From positions 1,548,229-1,612,228 of the forward strand of contig MU062317.1 in NCBI GenBank assembly GCA_013265495.1: a DNA stretch of 64,000 nt. The letters run 5' to 3'. Position 1 is the stretch's first letter. Each line of letters starts with the position of its first letter. Made by a program: the position numbers and the translations under genes. Shown in pieces: positions 9,225-18,100 of this stretch. The notes under the pieces are model-generated. The model searched no databases. It was not told the DNA's origin and saw only the letters and a list, made by a program, of their open reading frames with translations. Source of the DNA: Vicugna vicugna. Lineage: Eukaryota.

Positions 9225-12012
9225 TCTTTGTTTTCTTTTTAAATCAGGCATTTATAAACAAGAAAGCATACATTAATTACATAAAAATAGTTCTCGAGTA
9301 GTAGCGTAAGTCCTCATGACGTCATTAGCAGCAGCGAAGGAGAGACCGGGCGAGATGCAGGCGCTCCTGGCGGGTTCGCAGGTGGAGCTGTGGGTTTTTC
9401 CTTAATTGAAAAAAAAGTGTCATTTGTGACTCCTGACTTAAAGCGAGAACAAGACGGCCCCCCGGGCCCAACGGGCTGGGAGGGGACGGAACCGGTGGGC
9501 TCGGTGCCCTGGGGCGTGTTCCTCCTAGGTTAAAAACAGCCCGGAAAACAGGACAGCTACCAGGTAAGAAGGGAGACCTGAAAAGGAACCACCGTACACA
9601 CGCATGACACACGAGTGTAAAAGGAAAGCTATTTACACGGCCGGGCCTTTTCACACCGGCTAGTTCTGTAGGAAAAGCAGAATGTTCTGAGTTAGCTGCT
9701 CCGTGGATGAGTGTTATTGCTGTGGTTTCTTTCCCTTCATTAAAACCCTTTCAGCGTGGAAACAACGGGTGGTTACACTGAACACACAACCATTCCGATA
9801 ATGGCGTCACACACAGGGAGAGCCGGCAGCCTGCGAGACAGACCCCTCTCCTCCCTTTTCCTGAAGAGGGCTCCGACTGCAGCTGCACCAGCGGGGGCCT
9901 GGGGACCCGCACCCCCGTTCTCCCCCAGACCGGGGACGAGGCCGGGCAGCGGGCACCTGGGCCCAGTGGCCGAGGCGTGCAGGTGCCAGGAGGGGGTGGT
10001 TCCAGGGGAGGGAGAGCCAGTGCCCACCCTCCACCCCACAACCCCAGCTTAGAAAAATTACCTCCCTCTGGAGCCTAAGAACTCAAAAAGTAAGCAGCGC
10101 AAACCAGGTGGCCTCGGGCAGTGGGTCCCGGGGGCCTCTTGATCTCACCATGATTTGCAGACTTGGCAACAGAGCACAGCCACACAGAAGCACACTGACA
10201 CACTTAAAGCTTTGCTGCAACTAAATCATTTAGTTTCCCTTGAAGAAATGACGGAAAAACACAACTCTGGAAAAACAAGGCTAAACACAGCATTCTGAGT
10301 GTTGCGGGACGCAGCCGACCCTACATAGGACACGGTAGTAATGCCCGTCGGTGGACGCACGTGTGGCAGAGGGTTAGAGTCCATGCATACAGACTGAGTA
10401 AAACTGCAAAGAAAAACAAAAGCAGAAAAATTAAAAAACAAAAAACAGAACCAAACGAACGCTGCATACACATGATGTCCCTTTTGCATTGCACTTGAGA
10501 AGGGGGTCCAGCAGCACCTGGCCCTACCCAGTAAACCAAGGGCAAAATCCCACAGACGATGCCGTCACCCAGTCTCTGCTCGACTTGGCAACGGTGTCAC
10601 CACCTCCCGCAGCCACCGTCCTGCACCAGCCACCTCCGCCTCCCGGCTCCGCTCACGGCTGCCACGGTGTTGGATCAGCGGCAAGCAAAGAATTCTGGGA
10701 AGATCTTTCTGCACAAATAAATACCACAACTTTAGGACGGGCAGCCACCTCGTCTACTGGGAATCACTTTTTAAGCTTGGGCATAAGAAACCTTATACAA
10801 TTCGCATACAGTTGAGTAAACGAGATTATTTGGAATAAATGCAAGTTAACTCATTTCAATAGTGGCAGATTCAATCGCTACTGAAGACATATTTGGGGGT
10901 AAAAAAATGAGTCAGGGTTTGCTGTACAAGACGCTGGAAGGCACAGAACTACCCCCCGAAGTTCGGTTTTTGCATCTTCATCTTCATGTGATTCCCGTGT
11001 TCAACCAAGCACCAGAGGGGTTTCCAAACACTCGAGCACTTAGGATCTGGATGCTCTAGAAATCAGTTTGCAATGTTGAAAGTAAAAACCTCAGTTAACT
11101 GGGGAATAAAAAGAGAAGGGAAGATTTTTGACAAAGTGCAGTTCTAAATATACGCTTAAATGAACGAACAAACAAAAAGAAAAAATGAAATAATGCTGTG
11201 TTTTGTTCCAATGCTGCAGCCTCAGTCCCCAGACAGAAGAGCGATGTTGCAGAACTGAGAGGGTGGCGTGGTCGAGGGCGCGTGTGCCGGCCAGCGTGGA
11301 CCTGCCTCCCGGCATCCCTTGACGACGGCGCCCCTTGGACGGTGCTTGCAGACACACGTGCTGATGGCGCAGGGCCGGGGCGCGGGCGGCGTAAGGCGGC
11401 GGGTTCCAGCTCATCAGGCGTGCGTGACGCTCTCCGTGCCCTTCCTGGTGGCAGCACAGGAGACCTGGGTCCTTGTCGCTGAAAAAATAGACTCTGGAGA
11501 AAAACCCTTCGTGTCCTCACGCAGCTGCGGGCACAGATGAGCTGTGATGGCTTTGAGGGGCAGGGCAGCAGCCACCCCGGCTCCCTGGCGGGTCCTCAGG
11601 TGGTGTCACGTGTGGGTGGGGCTTTTAAAAGTTAGTCATTAAAAAACATGTTGAATTTTCTGAACATCAAGTCTCCTTATTGGTTTTAAATAGCTTATAA
11701 CAAAAGTGTAAATGTTAGAATGTTCTGGCAAGCGCAGGGCCAGGCGCAGCCACCAGCTGGCCTCGTCTCCAGCTGCACCTGGGGGCCGGCTTGCTCACTT
11801 GAACTTGGCCAGTAGAAAATTTTGCAGTGGATTCCAAAAGTATGTGGTTCCAAACACTTGCTTGGTTATAGGCACAGTAAGACGTTGTGCTATATGGACT
11901 GGAGAGAGGGGCAGGCCCCGCCGGGCACAGAGGGCCCCGCCGCTGGCGTGCCGCCCGCCTGCCCGCCCCTCCCTGCGGCGTCCACACCCGCACAGCAGAC
12001 AGCGGGCTCCAG
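9225..12012 (-). other. SKI: SKI 3' UTR (3' end approximate)
   Basis: Follows the TAG at 12013-12015. AT-rich blocks with miRNA seed sites. Candidate variant PAS TATAAA (plus tttata 9251-9256) followed on the minus strand by an A-rich stretch and a U/GU-rich element. Confidence 0.75.
9251..9256 (-). terminator. SKI: Candidate non-canonical poly(A) signal (TATAAA) of SKI
   Basis: I saw no AATAAA or ATTAAA on the minus strand in 9200-12012. TATAAA is a known variant hexamer, and tatttatctatttctctgtgt follows at a suitable distance. Confidence 0.5.
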
Positions 12013-12201
12013 CTAGGGCTCCAGCTCGGCTGTGCTCTCGCCGCCTGCAGCCTCGGAGCGGGGCCGTGGCCACAGCTGCTCCTGCAGCCCCTTCACCACC
12101 TTCTCCAGGTGCTCCCGGGCCTCCCGCTCCCGCAGCAGGTCGGCCCGCAGCTGCTCGCGATCGGCCTCCGCGTGCTGCAGCTTCACCTGCAGGTCCTCGA
12201 T
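12013..12201 (-). CDS. SKI: SKI exon 7 (last coding exon, C-terminal coiled coil, stop)
   Basis: [62 protein letters not shown], matching the recalled human SKI C-terminus. Acceptor ttgcag (AG at 12203-12202); 189 nt. Confidence 0.98.
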   Translation of the reverse strand: MEDLQVKLQHAEADREQLRADLLREREAREHLEKVVKGLQEQLWPRPRSEAAGGESTAELEP

Positions 12202-12753
12202 CTGCAAGGAACGTCCTGCATTAGCAGTGCCCACCCCACGGACGCCGCCCCGGTCCGGCCCTCCCTCCCCGTGCCCAGGCTCGCCCACCCACTGCCTTCT
12301 GGGAGCCAGGCCAAGCCCAGCAGGGCCTGGGGGGCGTCCTGGATGGCACCAGGACAGCAGCCCGGGCGGCTCTGCTACCGACCTGCTCGGACTGCCCCGA
12401 GCGCAGTGGCCTCAGCACGCCCTCCCGAGGTCCTGGGGGACCTGCTGCCCAGCTTAGGCTCCTAGGCGGCTGTGAGGCCAGAGCAGGGGCTGTCGCACCC
12501 ACAGCCCCATCTCTCAGACCCTGGCCGGACAGGATGGCCAATCGGGACATGCCAGTCATTCAAAAGTGCGTGAAGTGGGGGTGCAGCCCTCCCCCAGAGC
12601 AGGAGGCTGGAGAGCCTCAGGCCACGACACCTCCCGCGGAGGCCGGGTCTGAAGTCCCGCAGCGCCTGAGTCTGCTGTGGCTGGGGTTGGGTGACCAATG
12701 AGGTGAGAGGGTCCCCGAGGCGCCAACGGTGCCCACGCCTGCCCATTACCCTA

Positions 12754-13194
<441 letters not shown>

Positions 13195-13643
13195 TCACGC
13201 AGGCGTCATGCTGGTCTGAGGGCCCTGGGGGCCCCACGCAACCTGATGGGGGCAGCCGCCCTCCTCGGCCTCCGAGCCCTTCTTGGAGACTCGCCCCTGC
13301 AAACATGCTTACAAACGTGCGTGTGAGAAAGTCGCACTTTCAACCAGAAGCAGGGAAATGGGGTGGAGGCTCTGAGCGAGTGCCTGAAACCCATTTGGAA
13401 GGACGGTGGCACCCGGGGTGACTGGGGCTGGGCTGTGCTCAGAGCCCACATGTGAAGCTGTCCCAGAGCTGCCAGACGCTGGTGGAAGTGTGAATGCAGC
13501 TAAGACCCGGGGTCCAGCCCGCAAAGCCACCGTGCAGGGGCCCCGCCCTCCCCGAGGCGCTGAGAGCTCCGACAGTAGAGAAAGGCAGCAGCGGAAGCGG
13601 AGGATGCAGGTGGCCCCAACCTCGGTCTCCAGCCCCCTCTTCA

Positions 13644-14195
<552 letters not shown>

Positions 14196-14199
14196 TCAC

Positions 14200-14462
14200 A
14201 CTCCTCCCTGCTCTCCACTTCCACTTCAGCCTCCGAGTCCTTGTCATCCTCCGGGACGGCCACGGGGGCTGGCGTCCCTGGGGCTCCCGGGGTGTCCATG
14301 GTCAGCTTCCGCTTCCGAGGCTGGATGCAGGTGGCAAGAGGCTCAGGGGCCCGGGAGACAACGGAGGCGCATGGCGGGCTGCTTACCACCTTGTGCTGGG
14401 CCGGTGGTGCCAGGGCCACGTTGGGGGCCACACCCGTCTCAAAGCTCTTGTAGGAGTAAAAG
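14200..14462 (-). CDS. SKI: SKI exon 4 (contains the PRKRKLT NLS/Akt motif)
   Basis: (S)[87 protein letters not shown]. Acceptor ctgcag, donor gtgagt; 263 nt. Confidence 0.97.
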
Positions 14463-14857
14463 CTGCAGGGGACGGTGGGCGTTGGTGCCTTGGTGTCCCC
14501 CCCCCCGCCCCTGCACCCCTTTCTGACGGCCAGCATGCACCCTTCGTCTCGGGACCTGCTCCTGCAGACGTGTGAGGGAGAAGGACACTCCAGACGGGGG
14601 CCCAGAGAAGCCGGAACTGGCACCCAGTGTAGAGGAGGCTCTAGATTCCAATCACATGCAATTCTAACGCCCTCTCCTGATGCCATAAAAAGGACCAGCA
14701 TGTCTGTGGCTGCCCTGACCGGAGAGCCTGGACCTGACAGGTAGCCTCCAGGCCATGCCGAGCACATACAGGCTCAGGGATGATCAAAGCAGGAAACTGC
14801 CTCGCCCGTTGGCTCTCATCCTGGGGTCTGGTACCCATTCTGGGGCCTGGTACTCAC

Positions 14858-14973
14858 CTGTCTCGAATCAGGGCCGGGAGGTGCGGGGAGAGCTCTTTGT
14901 CACTCGCAGAGACCGCAGGGGACCAGGGTCGGAAGGCGGAGAGGCGCTGGCGGGGGTGGACGCAGCCCAGGCT
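14858..14973 (-). CDS. SKI: SKI exon 3
   Basis: [38 protein letters not shown](S). Acceptor caacag, donor gtgagt; 116 nt. Confidence 0.97.
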
Positions 14974-15066
14974 CTGTTGGGAGACATGGAGGTAGAGATG
15001 TGAGATCAGAGGCTGAGGGCTGCCCATCTGCCCGCCCGCCCACCCTGCCCGCTGGCCGAGGAGAAC

Positions 15067-15189
15067 CTTGCTGGAGGAGCCGGCCAGAGTCCGCAGCCAG
15101 CCAGATGGCTTGTCCTTCTCAGAGGACGTGGGGTGCTGGGAGGGGGTGTCATCTGCTTTCCTTATGGAGGCCGGGGGTTCAGAGGTGAC
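15067..15189 (-). CDS. SKI: SKI exon 2
   Basis: [41 protein letters not shown], matching human [15 protein letters not shown]...[13 protein letters not shown] as recalled. Acceptor tcacag, weak donor gttctc; 123 nt. Confidence 0.95.
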
Positions 15190-18100
15190 CTGTGAGGACA
15201 GGACAGTTCTGTTGGCAGGCTGGGTGGCATCTCCAGGCCTAGGGCAGGGTCTCCGGCCCCCAAACTCAGTCCTGTATGAGGTGTGTTCTGTGAGTGACAC
15301 GGAGGCCCTGCCGCATGCGGGGACAGCCGGAGCTGCTCTGGTGCCGCTCACCGTGGGACTGGTCCCACTGCAGCCCTGCACATGTCACGGGGACTGGTGC
15401 CAGGCAGCCGGCAGGAGCTGAGGGCCCTCTGGTTCAGAAGGGACCCTTGCCTCCACCCTCGCGTGTGGGAGGGGCAGCCCAGCAGGCAGGCTCACTGGCT
15501 GAGTGTAGGGCCCCCCTGGGGCCGCCCAGAGCTTTCAGGGAGCATCACACAACACCTCCAGAGTTTCTGGATTTCACCAACTGGAACTAACATCAAAGAC
15601 TCCCTGTGGGCCTGGGGCGGCTACACACGCGGCAGCGGAGCAGCCCCTACCCCACCCGCCCCGAAGAAACACTCCCCAGATGAAACAAGTGCGCTGGGCC
15701 GGAGAGGAGCCCCTCGGCCTTCCCAAGTCTCCCTGTCAGCGCTGCTGCCCGGCCCCCAGCTCTGGGTCTGCTGGACGCCGTGGTCCGAGCAGACCCCAGG
15801 CTGGTGTCAGATTCCCGAGGACAGAGTCCCTCCCTGAGAAAACAGAGCAGCGTCTGGAAGACCGGCGTTCCCCGCCACGGGCTCGGGGCTGAGCAGAAAC
15901 TACGAGGCTGTGGGTGTGCCTGAGAGGCCACAGCACGGGCCACACGCCAGCACCCACCGACGGCAAGGGGCCAAGAGGACGACGCCCGGTCAGTCCCCAG
16001 GCCTGACCTCGGAGTGGGTAGCGGATGTGGCGCTCCCTCCGCATCAGGGAACACTTCCTGAACTGGCCCTTGGGGCACGTGCTCCCCGGGGGGTGGGGGG
16101 TGGGAGGGACGTGGTCAGCCAGGTGCCAGCTCACCAGGACATCACCACAAAACTCAAGAGGTTTAAGGTTCCACCCAGACTCACAGAGCCAAGGAGCCAG
16201 CACGACGCCTCCCCTGACCCCACACAGCCTGACTCCCTAATTCTGCCCCAAGAAACAGGGAAGACAGACAGTGACCTTGCACCTATGGGACCGGCGGCAG
16301 ATGCAAGGACGCACCAGCCTCCATCGCTGCCCGGGGGCAGCCTGCCCACCTTGCCCCTGGAAGAAGGTTCGGGGCTGGACCCGTAGGCGGCCGTGGGTGG
16401 TCTGCTCAGACCCGCAAACACTCACTCAGGAAAGAAAAGCCCACCTGCTGTTGCCTTTTAGGGGAAGCAAGTCCGAGTCTGCCCGCCTCCCACGGCGAGT
16501 GCGTGTGGGGCTGGGCCGGGCGGGGCCAGGACCCCTGCCGGGGTGGGGCTTCCTGTCTGAGCCGAGTTCTCACGGACAGAGAAGCCGCAGCAGCTGAGCA
16601 GATGCTGAGAAACCCCAGCGACGCCGAGGGGATGTGTGGGACAGATGACTTGGGCCGCAGAGACCAGGCCACCCCCACGCAGCCTCGAGCCCCCGGCCTC
16701 CTGTTCACCCCCACCCCCGGCCCCACGCGAGCCCACTGTCAACCCCAGGATGTGGCCGGCCGAGGCCACTCAGGTGCCAACCGCTCAGAAGCCCATGAGA
16801 GGAGAAATCCCCGTGCCTTCCACGAAGCCCAGGGACGGCTGTGACAGTGAGGAGGCAGCACAGGGGCGTGTGTGGGACAGGCCCCGCTGCCTCTCCCTCA
16901 CCTGCAGCCCTGGGAAGTAGGAGCTGCTTCATGCCTGGACCAGTCCCAGAGGCCGCAGGTGGCCAGGGACAGGCTGCGCGCAGTGACAGCCACGCGTCCC
17001 ATTCTGCAAGGAGGTGAGGCCCACCTCCTCACCCTGCTGTGCGCCTCACTGCCAGTCTATGGGCCCAGGACACGCCCAGGCAGCGGTGCCAGAAGCCGCC
17101 AGCACAGTGCCAAGCCGTGGGTTGGCCCCAGGAGACCCCCACCCACAGAGTGCCCCTACCCAGGAACGCGCAGAGCCACACGTGTCTGACACCGAGGTCA
17201 GGACACGTGTCTGCCCACAGAGCACACCTCACACGGGGTCTGTGCGTGTCACCCAGGGGCCTGCGCAACCTGCAAAGATCTGGGAGAACAACCTGGGGGT
17301 GACTTCACCCCCACGACAGCCACGTCGACCACGGCAGGGTGTCAGCCAGATCACAGGCACTAGCTATGGGTGGGGAGGTCAGGAGGTGGCCATCCTCCAA
17401 GACCAGCACGGAGGACAGCAGGCAGATGGGGGGCCACTAGGAGCCAGGGCGGCTTCTGGCAACAGCCCCAGGCCTCAGGCTCACAAAGGCCCTACTTAGC
17501 GCCTGAGTCCCAGGGCACTACAGGCTGGCCCCGCAAGCAGAGTGGGGGCTCCTCTCTGCCCTGGACGGACCATGGGCACCTGCGCCCTGTGCTGAGGCCC
17601 GAGGTGGGGTAGGGTAGGGTAGGGGGAGGAAGGTTTTGGGTCAAGGATGAAGCTTTCCTTGGATTTGAGTCCCCCAACCCCCAGTGCTGCACTGAGAGCC
17701 CCAGGTTCCAGCAGCTTGGACGCCGGCCCCTGACCTGGACATCTAGGGCCCACAGGAGTGAGGGCCTAGGGGAACACTGCCAGGGCCTGCCCTGCAGCCT
17801 CCGACCATTCCTCATGCCCCACCTTGGATATGTTAAAGCAGAGAAAACACGTGCGGGGAGAAAAGAAAGGGGAGAGCACACCCCAGATGCCGGCTGGCGG
17901 CACTGGGCTGAGGCCTGAGGGCACAGCGCGACTCCTTCACGCGCAGAGCTCCGGCTGCTCCACAGGGACTGACACCCCCCAGCTGCCGGTTCTGGGGCGA
18001 CCCTGGCAGTGTAGGGGGCGGCTCCCCCTGACTGGCCGGGCACGGAGCTGCCCAGCACCGCCCTGGACAGAACAGGAAGGGAGTCTGCAGGGGTGGAAGC

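Noticed and set aside
10219-10235. AACTAAAT-C-ATTTAGTT inverted repeat in the 3' UTR as a Roquin CDE
   Set aside because: The mRNA triloop would be UGA rather than pyrimidine-purine-pyrimidine, and the stem is weak and AU-only.
9679-11725. AGAATGTTCT occurring twice in the 3' UTR as a heat-shock or glucocorticoid element
   Set aside because: Only two nGAAn units and no proper GRE spacing; insufficient.
14683-14693. CCATAAAAAGG as a CArG box in intron 3
   Set aside because: Seven A/T between CC and GG, so not canonical. The same applies at ~44197 and ~57611.
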